DNA of 64,000 nt from Fidelibacterota bacterium (GTDB lineage Bacteria; Fidelibacterota; Fidelibacteria; Fidelibacterales; DSDE01), in assembly GCA_046735395.1 (NCBI GenBank), contig JBJKQR010000012.1:96001-160000 (forward strand), in the 5' to 3' direction. The notes below the pieces were generated by a model. That model saw only the letters and a list, made by a program, of their open reading frames with translations. It was not told the origin of the DNA and did no database searches. Positions 48,192 through 57,876 of this stretch are shown piece after piece (position 1 is the stretch's first letter; each line of letters starts with the position of its first letter). A program made the translations under genes and the position numbers.

Positions 48192-49433
48192 ATGCGACGA
48201 GTCCTGTCACTGATTCTGGGCGGAGGCCGTGGGACCCGGCTGGCTCCGTTGACCAGTCTTCGCTCAAAACCGGCCGTTCCCATCGGCGGAAAATACCGCC
48301 TGATCGATATTCCCATTTCAAATTGTCTGAACAGCAATGTGAGAAAAATATTTGTCCTGACTCAGTTCAACAGTGAGAGTCTGCACCGGCATCTGTTTCA
48401 CACCTATACCTTTGACCGTTTCAGCCATGGATTTCTCGAGATTCTGGCTGCTTCCCAGTCGCTGGAACACGCAGACTGGTATCAGGGCACGGCGGATGCG
48501 GTCCGTCAGTCACTGACGCATTTCGGAAACATGGATTTCGATGAATACCTCATTCTGGCCGGGGATCACCTCTACCGCATGAATTATTCCGAATTCATCA
48601 TGACCCACCGTATGAAGAACGCGGATCTGACAGTGTCGGTGAAGCCGGTGAGCCGCAGTGAAGCCGGTGAATTCGGAATCCTGAAGGTGGACGGGGACGG
48701 ACGCATCATCAATTTTGCCGAAAAGCCGAATGACGATGCAGTGCTGGATTCACTCATGAGCGACACGGGCGATCCGGATCGGCCCTTCTGGGGTTCGATG
48801 GGAATTTATGTCTTCAAGCGCAAGGTACTGAACCGGGCTCTCGTCGAAATCAAGGAAGAGGACTTCGGCAAACACGTCATACCGGGATCCATTGCCGGAG
48901 GCAGAAAGGTTTATGCTCATTTTTTCAAGGGCTACTGGGAAGACATCGGGACCATCAGGGCCTTTTATGAGACGAATATCGCGCTGACGCAGATGGCGCC
49001 GCCCTTCCGGTTCATCGACAATGCCATGCCCATTTACACCCATGCCCGGATGCTGCCGGGAACCCGTATTGATGTCCGCACCATCCATCGCTCCCTTATC
49101 AATGACGGCTGCCGTATCAAGGCTGACTCCATTAAAAACAGTATCATCGGGGTTGCTTCGATTGTCCGGGAAGGATCCGAAATTTCCGACACGTATATCA
49201 TGGGGAATGATTATTATGAGGAACGGGAAGGACGTGATGAGATCCCTCTCGGAATCGGGAAGAATTGTATCATAAAAAAGGCCATCATCGACAAGAATGC
49301 CCGGGTCGGAGATAATGTGAAGATTCTCAACCGCAGCGGGAAAATGAATGAAACACATGATCAGTACTGGATTCGGGACGGGGTGGTGGTCCTGAAGAAG
49401 AATGCGGTTATTCCGGATGGGGCCGAAATCTGA
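48192..49433 (+). CDS. glgC: Glucose-1-phosphate adenylyltransferase
   Basis: AAGGAG RBS, LGGGRGTRLAPLT, KPAVPIGGKYRLID, WYQGTADAVR, GDHLYRM and YWEDIGT. Confidence 0.96.
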   Translation: MRRVLSLILGGGRGTRLAPLTSLRSKPAVPIGGKYRLIDIPISNCLNSNVRKIFVLTQFNSESLHRHLFHTYTFDRFSHGFLEILAASQSLEHADWYQGTADAVRQSLTHFGNMDFDEYLILAGDHLYRMNYSEFIMTHRMKNADLTVSVKPVSRSEAGEFGILKVDGDGRIINFAEKPNDDAVLDSLMSDTGDPDRPFWGSMGIYVFKRKVLNRALVEIKEEDFGKHVIPGSIAGGRKVYAHFFKGYWEDIGTIRAFYETNIALTQMAPPFRFIDNAMPIYTHARMLPGTRIDVRTIHRSLINDGCRIKADSIKNSIIGVASIVREGSEISDTYIMGNDYYEEREGRDEIPLGIGKNCIIKKAIIDKNARVGDNVKILNRSGKMNETHDQYWIRDGVVVLKKNAVIPDGAEI

Positions 49434-49659
49434 ATTTTCCGGATTCGTTCTTCTCAAAAGGGATATATGTTATGAATTTTAATAATGATAGCGGGTTCTA
49501 TGGATCATTGCTGCATTCTGAAGAGAAGAAGAAGGGGCAAGTCTGATTCATGGAAACAGCTGAACCGAAAGAGTTTAATTTTATTATCCGGAGAATGCCC
49601 TTGCCCGAATTGCCCGGGAATGATAATTGCAGTGGAGTTGGGAAAGGAACAGGAGAGGC

Positions 49660-51312
49660 ATGACAAAGTCAAGAACGCTGAAGGACTGGGAAAACGGGAC
49701 GAGAAAGGACGCTCTGAGCGTAAGACCGGAGCGCAGAAGGGTGTTCAGCACCAGCAGCGGGGAAGAAATCCAGGCGCTATACAACGAAGAATCAAGGACG
49801 GGAGGCCCGGAGGATCCGGGATTTCCCGGTGAGTATCCCTTTACGCGGGGTATCTACCCCAGCATGTACCGGGGGCAGTTCTGGACAATGCGCCAGTATG
49901 CCGGGTTCGGGGATGCGGGCCTGAGCAACGAACGCTATAAATATTTATTGAACCAGGGACAGACCGGGCTGTCCGTGGCGTTTGACCTTCCGACACAGAT
50001 CGGGTATGACAGCGATCATCCGCTGAGCAACGGCGAAGTGGGAAAAGTGGGCGTCGCCATTGATTCTCTGCAGGATATGGAGCTGCTGTTCAGGGAGATT
50101 CCCCTCGACAAGGTTTCCACATCCATGACCATCAATGCACCGGCACCGATTCTGCTGGCCATGTACATCGCGGTCGCGGAGAAGCGCGGCATTTCACCGG
50201 AAAAGCTGAGCGGGACCATACAGAATGATATTCTCAAGGAATATGTGGCTCGCGGAACCTTTATTTTTCCGCCCCGGCCCTCCATGAGGCTGATTACGGA
50301 TATTTTTGAGTACTGCCGGGTTCATATACCCAAATGGAATACGATTTCCATTTCCGGTTACCATATCCGGGAAGCCGGTTCCGATGCCGCTCAGGAAATC
50401 GGATTTACGCTTGCGGATGGAATTGCCTATGTGCAGGCGGCTCTGGACGCGGGCCTGGATGTGGACGCCTTTGCCGGGCGGCTGTCCTTTTTCTTCAATG
50501 CGCATAATAATCTCTTTGAGGAAGTTGCCAAGTTCCGTGCAGCCCGGCGGCTCTGGGCTTCCATCATGAAGGACCGTTTTCATGCCCATGACGAAAAATC
50601 CATGATGCTGCGCTTTCATACCCAGACCGGCGGGTCCACGCTGACGGCCCAGCAGCCTGATAATAATATCGTGCGGGTTACACTGCAGGCTCTGGCAGCC
50701 GTGCTGGGCGGGACCCAGTCCCTGCACACGAACGGCCGGGATGAAGCGCTGGCTCTGCCGACGGAGGACAGCGTGCGGACGGCGCTGCGGACTCAGCAGC
50801 TGCTGGCTCACGAATCGGGGGTGGCGGACAGTATCGATCCCCTCGGCGGATCCTGGCTGGTGGAGTCCCTCACCGATTCACTGGAGGCCAAAGCCCGGGA
50901 ATATATTGCTAAAATTGACGATCTGGGCGGAATGATCGAAGCGATCGAGCAGGGCTATGTTCAGCGTGAGATACAGGCTTCCGCCTACCGGGCTCAGCAG
51001 GAAGTGGAAACGGGTGAGGCGGTGATCGTGGGTGTCAATAAGTACAGGGACAGGGAAGAGCCGCAGGAAAATCTGCTTTCCGTCAATCCTGCCCTGCAGG
51101 CGCTGCAGGTGAGACGGCTGAGTATTCTGAAATCCGGCCGTGACAGTGCTGCGGTGAAGACTACACTGGAAAAATTAAAGAATACGGCTGCCGGGTCGGA
51201 TAATATCATGCCGGCAATGATTGAGGCTGTGAAAAGCTATGCCACAATCGGAGAGATCAGTGACACGCTGCGAAGCGTTTTCGGCGAGTACCGGGAAACG
51301 ATAGTCATCTGA
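49660..51312 (+). CDS. Methylmalonyl-CoA mutase family catalytic (alpha) subunit, no fused B12-binding domain
   Basis: [43 protein letters not shown] and QSLHTN. No DxHxxG domain. Confidence 0.92.
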   Translation: MTKSRTLKDWENGTRKDALSVRPERRRVFSTSSGEEIQALYNEESRTGGPEDPGFPGEYPFTRGIYPSMYRGQFWTMRQYAGFGDAGLSNERYKYLLNQGQTGLSVAFDLPTQIGYDSDHPLSNGEVGKVGVAIDSLQDMELLFREIPLDKVSTSMTINAPAPILLAMYIAVAEKRGISPEKLSGTIQNDILKEYVARGTFIFPPRPSMRLITDIFEYCRVHIPKWNTISISGYHIREAGSDAAQEIGFTLADGIAYVQAALDAGLDVDAFAGRLSFFFNAHNNLFEEVAKFRAARRLWASIMKDRFHAHDEKSMMLRFHTQTGGSTLTAQQPDNNIVRVTLQALAAVLGGTQSLHTNGRDEALALPTEDSVRTALRTQQLLAHESGVADSIDPLGGSWLVESLTDSLEAKAREYIAKIDDLGGMIEAIEQGYVQREIQASAYRAQQEVETGEAVIVGVNKYRDREEPQENLLSVNPALQALQVRRLSILKSGRDSAAVKTTLEKLKNTAAGSDNIMPAMIEAVKSYATIGEISDTLRSVFGEYRETIVI

Positions 51313-51357
51313 TATCGGCCGGTAACTCACATAATATTTACCAGTGCGGGGGTGACC

Positions 51358-51777
51358 ATGATCCGGAAAATCAATCATATCGGTATTGCCGTCAATAATT
51401 GCGATGAACAGCGCGGCTGGTACAGCGATGTGCTGGGCCTGAAGGAAATTGGCAGTGAAATTCTGCCGGATCAGGGCGTGAAAGTCCTGATATTTGCTGT
51501 GGGCGATACGCGGATCGAACTTCTGGAGCCGCTGGACGACGCAAGTCCCATTGCCAGGTTCATTGCCCGTCGGGGCCAGGGCCTGCATCATATTGCCTAT
51601 GATGCGGATTCCTGCGAGGCCGCTCTGAAAAAGGCCGTGGATGCCGGTTATACAGCTCTCGATAGCGAACCCCGTGCCGGTGCGCAGGGCACGTCCGTCG
51701 CCTTTCTCCATCCCGCCGCCACCTTCGGCGTGCTCACTGAACTGGTGGAGGAGGGGGAACGCACGATGCATTTTTAA
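51358..51777 (+). CDS. mce: Methylmalonyl-CoA epimerase
   Basis: INHIGIAV, QGV, IELLEP, GLHHIAY, AFLHP and GVLTELVE. Adjacent to the mutase. Confidence 0.92.
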   Translation: MIRKINHIGIAVNNCDEQRGWYSDVLGLKEIGSEILPDQGVKVLIFAVGDTRIELLEPLDDASPIARFIARRGQGLHHIAYDADSCEAALKKAVDAGYTALDSEPRAGAQGTSVAFLHPAATFGVLTELVEEGERTMHF

Positions 51778-51864
51778 CCGATTATTCATTATTTTAAGTA
51801 AAGTCGGTGCCGAAAAACTGAATAAAGAAACTCAAGTGCTGTCTTATACGGAGGAGTTCAAATA

Positions 51865-52722
51865 ATGCAGAAAAAAATTAACTCATTATCCGTTCCGGGT
51901 GCAGTCATTTCGGTTTATTCCATGAATCAGCAGGACTATATCTCCCTCACGGATATTGCAAAATACAGAAACCACGAAGCTCCTGCAGATATTGTAAAAA
52001 ATTGGCTTCGCAGTCGTAGTACGATAGAATTTCTGGGATTATGGGAAAAACTTAATAATCCTGATTTTAAAGTGGTCGAATTCGACCACTTTAGATTGGA
52101 AGCGGGAAGCAACTACTTTGTCTTATCCCCTAAAAAGTGGATAGAATCCACTGATGCTATCGGACTTACCTCAAAATCAGGGAGATATGGCGGTACCTTT
52201 GGTCATCAGGATATTGCTTTTGAATTTGCTTCGTGGATAAGTGCGGAACTCAAGCTCTATATTCTTAAAGAATTTCAGCGCCTCAAACAGGAGGAAATTC
52301 AGCAGAAAAGGCTTGAATGGAGTATTTCGAGGACAATTGCAAAAGTAAATTATGCCATTCATACGGATGCAGTAAAAGTGCATCTGATACCGGATGATAT
52401 CTCACATTCAAAAAAGAAGTTTATTTATGCTGATGAAGCAGACCTAATAAATTTTGCCCTTTGGGGAAAAACAGCGCAGGACTGGCGAAATGAAAATCCG
52501 AATCATATAGGTAATATGCGGGATAATGCCACATTGGAACAGCTTGTGGTGCTCTCTAACCTTGAAAGTTACAATTCTGAACTTATAAAACAGAAAATAC
52601 CTGCGGAAAAACGGCTGGTGGACTTGAACAGAATTGCAATTGAGCAGATAAAGGTCTTGATTGAGAATAAATCAATCAGGAAATTGGAGGAACGAATATA
52701 TGGAAAAGCAGGAGATGCTTGA
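51865..52722 (+). CDS. KilA-N domain DNA-binding protein
   Basis: DYISLTDIAK, NWLR...TIEFLGLWE.LNNPDF, SKSGRYGGT and IAFEFASWIS. AT-richer than its neighbours. Confidence 0.88.
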   Translation: MQKKINSLSVPGAVISVYSMNQQDYISLTDIAKYRNHEAPADIVKNWLRSRSTIEFLGLWEKLNNPDFKVVEFDHFRLEAGSNYFVLSPKKWIESTDAIGLTSKSGRYGGTFGHQDIAFEFASWISAELKLYILKEFQRLKQEEIQQKRLEWSISRTIAKVNYAIHTDAVKVHLIPDDISHSKKKFIYADEADLINFALWGKTAQDWRNENPNHIGNMRDNATLEQLVVLSNLESYNSELIKQKIPAEKRLVDLNRIAIEQIKVLIENKSIRKLEERIYGKAGDA

Positions 52723-52798
52723 AATTCCTATGATTGATAAAAATAATTGGGTGAAACCGTGCCGCTTAATAATAAACCTACTATGATTCTGTAAAGAA

Positions 52799-53374
52799 AT
52801 GAAACCCGAATTGACAGTACCGAAATCTATTCCTCAGGAACAAGCAGTCGCGCTGCTTGCGCTGCTGAAACAGCGTTTCGGGGCCCATATGCCGCGACAT
52901 GAAAAAGTGACCTGGGAGACGGTGCAGGCCCGTCTGCTCAGTCAGCAGGAAAAACTCTGGTCTCTGAACGAAATGGAGACGACGGGGGGCGAGCCGGATG
53001 TAACCGGAATGGATCTGCAATCAGGTGAAATTATTTATACGGACTGCGCGGCGGAAAGCCCTGCCGGACGCCGAAGCCTCTGCTATGATCCGGCGGCGCT
53101 GGAATCCCGAAAGGAGCATAAACCCCGCCACAGCGTCCTGGGTATGGCTGCCGAAATGGGTTGCGACGTCCTGACGGCGGAGCAGTACCGGGCACTGCAG
53201 CTGCTGGGGCCCTTCGACCGGAAAACGTCCAGCTGGGTGCTGACTCCGGAATCCGTGCGGGACCTGGGGGGAGCGCTTTTCGGTGACTCTCGTTACGGGG
53301 AAGTGTTTATTTATCACAATGGAGCCGAATCCTATTATGGCAGCCGGGGCTTCAGGACGAGGTTGAGGGTATAA
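52799..53374 (+). CDS. DUF4256 domain protein
   Basis: LWSLNEMETTGGEPDV, ESPAGRRSLCYD, KTSSW and YHNGAESYYGSRGFR. Confidence 0.8.
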   Translation: MKPELTVPKSIPQEQAVALLALLKQRFGAHMPRHEKVTWETVQARLLSQQEKLWSLNEMETTGGEPDVTGMDLQSGEIIYTDCAAESPAGRRSLCYDPAALESRKEHKPRHSVLGMAAEMGCDVLTAEQYRALQLLGPFDRKTSSWVLTPESVRDLGGALFGDSRYGEVFIYHNGAESYYGSRGFRTRLRV

Positions 53375-53497
53375 GTCATTTAATTTCAGATTCATCAATT
53401 CAATTTTGAATAACGAATGCTGAATGAAAGCGGATCAGATCAGTGCTGACGAGTAGCCAGGTGAGAACGGTTGAAGCCGGTTATTTATAAAGGGAAT

Positions 53498-54319
53498 CTA
53501 ACCGGTAGTAATGACGCCCGTTTCGTAATTGAGTTCGGAACCGAGAGCAGAGTGGGGGATCATATAGACCGCAAAGAGAATCAGTGCCGCCGCAACGACA
53601 AAATATCTGGCGTTTGGCGAGGCTTTGGCCTGTTTCCAGGCGGCGAGAGCCCAGGCAAGGGCGGCAATGAGGGTCTTGTTATCGGTCAGATCCCAGCCAT
53701 AGGGGATTCCGGTCCATAACTCGCCGAAGGCGAATTTCTGCACGATGGGCCCGAGTATGAGCCCTCCGATGATAAGAAGAGCAAGTGTGGCAAATGTGAG
53801 GTTTTTACTGCGGCCTTCGCGGCTGAGGGCTTCAATCCCGCCGCGGGTGGAGAACAGCATGGCCAGGAACATGAACAGAATATGGGGAATGAGGATGGCG
53901 GCCGGAACATCTCCCTTGAAGCGGGTCACAACTGTTCGGTCCGCAGGCAGAGTGAAGGTTTTTCCCGAATCTGTCACTTCCAGAAAATACTCGAGTTTGC
54001 CGGCCGGCGGCTGATGCGGCAGATCCGCGCTGAGAATTCCATCTCCATTGGCTGCCATGGGAATGGCTATGTAATCTTCCTTCATATTGAAGCGTTTGTA
54101 CTTGAGTCGGACCGATATATCTGTCCGGCCGGTATCAAACAATATATGCTGATCGCCGGGGCCGCCATGGCTTCGCGTGAACTCATAATGAAGGGTTTCG
54201 CCGGATTGACTGATATAGTCGCCGGACAGCGGATAGGTGGGCCCAGTCATTCGCTGGTATCGGGCTGCGGCAATGGTAATAACAAATGCCAGTACCCAGA
54301 AAGAGATGGATTTAATCAT
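53498..54319 (-). CDS. Conserved hypothetical membrane protein
   Basis: YQRMTGPTYP, LPHQPPAGKLEY and WTGIPYGWDLTDNKTL; about five TM helices. Confidence 0.7.
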   Translation of the reverse strand: MIKSISFWVLAFVITIAAARYQRMTGPTYPLSGDYISQSGETLHYEFTRSHGGPGDQHILFDTGRTDISVRLKYKRFNMKEDYIAIPMAANGDGILSADLPHQPPAGKLEYFLEVTDSGKTFTLPADRTVVTRFKGDVPAAILIPHILFMFLAMLFSTRGGIEALSREGRSKNLTFATLALLIIGGLILGPIVQKFAFGELWTGIPYGWDLTDNKTLIAALAWALAAWKQAKASPNARYFVVAAALILFAVYMIPHSALGSELNYETGVITTG

Positions 54320-54385
54320 GATTACTCCCTGCTTTAGCGAATAGTGTAATTTATTTACGATCGATATGAAATAAAAAAATGCAGG

Positions 54386-55777
54386 CTATACAATTCCGAG
54401 CATCCGGCGTGTATCTTCCTTGCTCTGGCATTCGACACAGATGAACCCGTCTCCCTCTTCGCCGGATGAACAGTGACTGCAGTATGCGTATCCACAGCGG
54501 CTGCAGCGAACAACCGCTTCACGTCCGGGGTGAATTCTGCACGTATCCTCGAGTGGGGCCTCGTCCATCAGATTATCTGTCGAATCCGGATCCTCCGGTT
54601 TCTGACCCGGTTCACGCGGAATCCAGTCCTCAGGACTCAGATCGGTGCTGCGAACGAAACTTTCTTCCTCTTTTCCATCCCTGTCATCCAGGGAGACCGT
54701 GAGAGGGTGAGGGGGTTCAGCTTCAATATTTTCCGAGTGCTTGTGGTCAGTGTGAGACGATTTTGCCGCTGCTTCCACAATGACCGGTCCCGTATGAGGC
54801 AGTTCGGGAGTCGGCAGCGGAGCCAGGTTCTCGGCTTCGAGGCTGGTTAGCTCCAGTTTCAGCGCAGAAAGCTCCAGCCGCATCATCCGCATCCGGGAGA
54901 GGGCCCGCAGATACAGGAGCAGCAGGAGAAGAAATCCGCCGCCCAGAACAGGTTCCATGATGGAATGTGGGGCGTCCGCTGCACCGTATTTTTCGATTTC
55001 CGCCTTGAGAAGGGGAGACGGAATACTGGCGGCGCGGCTGATGAGAAAGCTCCGGGCCGCGTTGGGGCCCTGATACAGTGCGATATTCCGCGCATCCAGA
55101 ATGGACTGCCGGGCCTGTATATCCAGAAAATGGCTGCGAATATCATTCGCTACTACCTTGAAGGATGACACAAGTTCCGAGTCGGAGGGAACATAATAAA
55201 ATCCGCCGCCGCTCTCTCTGGCCAGATCATGCAGCAGGAGTGTATCGGTTTCCGGTCCCAGGGCCACCGTAAATATATGGATGTCCTTTCGGGTAAAGGC
55301 CGGCAGAAGGCGTGTTCTCACATCTTCGGTCTTCAGCGTTTCCGCATCCTGGCCCTGTCGTACGTTGATGCGTCCATCGCTGAGCAGCAGCAGGACCCTG
55401 ACAGTAGCACTGTCCTCCATCGTGCGGAAGAGACTCAGCCCTTCTTCCAGAGCTTTGTGAGTATCGGTGTAGTAGCCCAGCTCGCTGCCTTTTTTCCGAA
55501 GTTCGGATCGGATGACGGACTTCATGCTGTCATTGACACAGCGAATGGGGCGCAGGATTCGAACCTCACCATTGAAAATTCCGCTTCCCAGCATTCTGAA
55601 GGCCATGTCGCGCTTGAGCAGCGTATCCACGGCGTCAAAACGGAATCCATGGGGGTCGGAGCTTCGCATGGACAGAGAATTATCCATCATCAGCATGAGT
55701 GCAGCATCGTTCCGGAAAGCGGAATTCGCCGGGCTCATCACGAAGAACACAAGAAGGGTTATGATTAATTTTTTCAT
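54386..55777 (-). CDS. VWA-domain single-pass membrane protein with C-terminal B-box-like Zn finger
   Basis: Signal peptide, MIDAS DNSLSM/T/LLSDG, TM helix and CRIH...CSRC...CSHC...CVEC. Confidence 0.75.
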   Translation of the reverse strand: MKKLIITLLVFFVMSPANSAFRNDAALMLMMDNSLSMRSSDPHGFRFDAVDTLLKRDMAFRMLGSGIFNGEVRILRPIRCVNDSMKSVIRSELRKKGSELGYYTDTHKALEEGLSLFRTMEDSATVRVLLLLSDGRINVRQGQDAETLKTEDVRTRLLPAFTRKDIHIFTVALGPETDTLLLHDLARESGGGFYYVPSDSELVSSFKVVANDIRSHFLDIQARQSILDARNIALYQGPNAARSFLISRAASIPSPLLKAEIEKYGAADAPHSIMEPVLGGGFLLLLLLYLRALSRMRMMRLELSALKLELTSLEAENLAPLPTPELPHTGPVIVEAAAKSSHTDHKHSENIEAEPPHPLTVSLDDRDGKEEESFVRSTDLSPEDWIPREPGQKPEDPDSTDNLMDEAPLEDTCRIHPGREAVVRCSRCGYAYCSHCSSGEEGDGFICVECQSKEDTRRMLGIV

Positions 55778-56022
55778 CGGTCAGTTCCGTATAAATCAGC
55801 TTTCACCAGAATATACGATGAAAAAGCCCCACTGTTAAGGAAAAAATTGTCAAAATACAGGGCTGACGGCAGTCCGGATGCAGTCCGAAGCCAATAATTC
55901 GTCCGGAAATCAGAGCCCTGGCTTTAACCTTTGAAATGATACTTCTCTCACATGGTCACTGCCGGACGGGGAAAATGCGAGATTTACCTTGTAATAAACG
56001 GTGAATTTCTCGAATTTTTACC

Positions 56023-57063
56023 ATGCGCGAATCGCAGTTCAGTCTCCGGAATCTAAAGCTGGAAGAAATGGAAAAATGGGTTGTCACCCGGGGCTTTCCC
56101 GCCTATCGGGGCCGTCAGCTCTTTCTCTGGCTGAATCACAAGGGACTGTCGTCCGCTGATGATATGCTGAATCTGCCGGCAGCGCTGCGCGAGCAGATTC
56201 GAAAAGAGGGGAATACGGAATTGCTGCAGGCGGTTGATCATGACGGCAGCGTCATCTCGTCGACCCGTAAGGTTCTCTTCCGTCTCCAGGATGGCCGCTA
56301 TGCCGAGACGGTGCTCATTTTCGCCGGAGACAGACGGACTGTGTGTGTTTCCTCTCAGGTGGGCTGTGCGCTCGGCTGCGATTTCTGCCAGACGGGGAAG
56401 ATGGGATTTCTGAGGAATCTGAGCAGCGGGGAAATCCTCAGCCAGCTTCTGTATATGATGCGCGTTGCTGCCCAGCCGGTGACTAATGTGGTATTCATGG
56501 GAATGGGCGAGCCCTTTCTGAATTTTGATGCCGTGGCCGCAGCCTGTTCGGTGATGAATCACGAAGCCGGCATGAATATCTCCGCCCGGAAAATCACCGT
56601 ATCCACGGCAGGTATTATTCCCGGAATTCAACGCTTCGGAGAATTGACGGGCCAGTATAAACTTGCCATTTCACTCAATTCACCCTTTCAGGACGAACGA
56701 AGCCGGATCATGCCCATTTCGTCCAAATATCCTGTAGATGATCTGCTTGAAGCCGTCCGCCGCTATGTCGATTCCGGAGGAAAACGGGTGACCTTTGAAT
56801 ACGTCTGCCTGGACGGACTCAATATGACCCCGCGGCATGCGGACGCGCTGGTCCGGAAACTGAGGGGACTGAACTGTAAACTCAATCTCATTCCCTTCAA
56901 TGAAACGGACAGCACCTATCTCCGGCCCTCCGAAAAAGCCATGGCAGACTTTGAGGAACGCCTTCGCAGCGCTCCCTTCCCGGTCATGATCCGCTGGTCA
57001 GGCGGCCGTGACAGCCGGGCAGCCTGCGGCCAGTTATATTATCAACATACAACAACAGCGTGA
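56023..57063 (+). CDS. rlmN: 23S rRNA/tRNA m2A methyltransferase RlmN
   Basis: CVSSQVGCALGCDFC, VFMGMGEP, ITVSTAG, LAISL and AACGQL. Confidence 0.96.
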   Translation: MRESQFSLRNLKLEEMEKWVVTRGFPAYRGRQLFLWLNHKGLSSADDMLNLPAALREQIRKEGNTELLQAVDHDGSVISSTRKVLFRLQDGRYAETVLIFAGDRRTVCVSSQVGCALGCDFCQTGKMGFLRNLSSGEILSQLLYMMRVAAQPVTNVVFMGMGEPFLNFDAVAAACSVMNHEAGMNISARKITVSTAGIIPGIQRFGELTGQYKLAISLNSPFQDERSRIMPISSKYPVDDLLEAVRRYVDSGGKRVTFEYVCLDGLNMTPRHADALVRKLRGLNCKLNLIPFNETDSTYLRPSEKAMADFEERLRSAPFPVMIRWSGGRDSRAACGQLYYQHTTTA

Positions 57064-57839
57064 AAATCATGAAACTTACACATCCGCTCTTACAGCAAAT
57101 TCAGAAGAACCCGCCGGACGCGGCTGTTATTCTCGGCAGTGGCCTGGGTTCGTTTACGGAACATGTCGAGATTCAGTTTACTATCCCCTATAGTGAAATT
57201 GAGGGATTTCCCGCCGTGACGGTGGCCGGACACCATGGTGAACTTGTGGCCGGAACGCTGAGAGGAAAGACCGTGTTGGCCGCCCGGGGCCGTTTTCATC
57301 ATTATGAAGGCTATGCCATGAAGGAAATTCTCACTCTGGTCCGGCTCTTCAGTGAACTGGGAATTCCGGATCTCGTGGTAACGAATGCGGCCGGACTGAT
57401 CAATACGCAGTATGGGGTAGGTGATATTCTCTTCATCCGGGACTGTATCGATTTCACAGGCCTTGCCCCCCAGGCCGGTGATATGGCCTACGCTGCCGCG
57501 ACAGATGGCGAACTGAATCTGCTGCGTAACGTTTCCGCTGCTCTGGGAACTAATATTCCACAGGGTGTGTATGTGTGGACCACCGGGCCATCCTACGAGA
57601 CCCCGGCGGAAATACGTTACATGGCTGCGAGGGGAGGCGATTTAGTGGGAATGAGCACCATGCCGGAAATCATTTTTGCGCGGGAAGCGGGCATGCGGGT
57701 TTTTCCCTTCTCCTGCGCGACGAATTTCGCTGCCGGAATTTCAGACCGCGCGCTCAGTCATGAGGAAGTATTTGAAACGGCCGACAGGGTGAAGGAAAAA
57801 CTGTCCGGCATCGTCAGCGAACTCGTAGCTCAATTGTGA
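57060..57839 (+). CDS. punA: Purine nucleoside phosphorylase (trimeric type)
   Basis: ILGSGLG, GRFHHYEG, TNAAG, GPSYETPAE, VGMSTMPE and LSHEEV. Confidence 0.92.
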   Translation: MKIMKLTHPLLQQIQKNPPDAAVILGSGLGSFTEHVEIQFTIPYSEIEGFPAVTVAGHHGELVAGTLRGKTVLAARGRFHHYEGYAMKEILTLVRLFSELGIPDLVVTNAAGLINTQYGVGDILFIRDCIDFTGLAPQAGDMAYAAATDGELNLLRNVSAALGTNIPQGVYVWTTGPSYETPAEIRYMAARGGDLVGMSTMPEIIFAREAGMRVFPFSCATNFAAGISDRALSHEEVFETADRVKEKLSGIVSELVAQL

Positions 57840-57876
57840 AAAACGAAAATGATTGCCAACGGGGAGATGAGGGAAA

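Noticed and set aside
49434..49659. Possible cobalamin riboswitch upstream of the mutase
   Set aside because: No B12-box, GCCACTG or CCCGC-ACTGT elements were found.
51780..53400. Prophage or mobile element around KilA-N and DUF4256
   Set aside because: No integrase, transposase, terminal repeats or phage structural genes.
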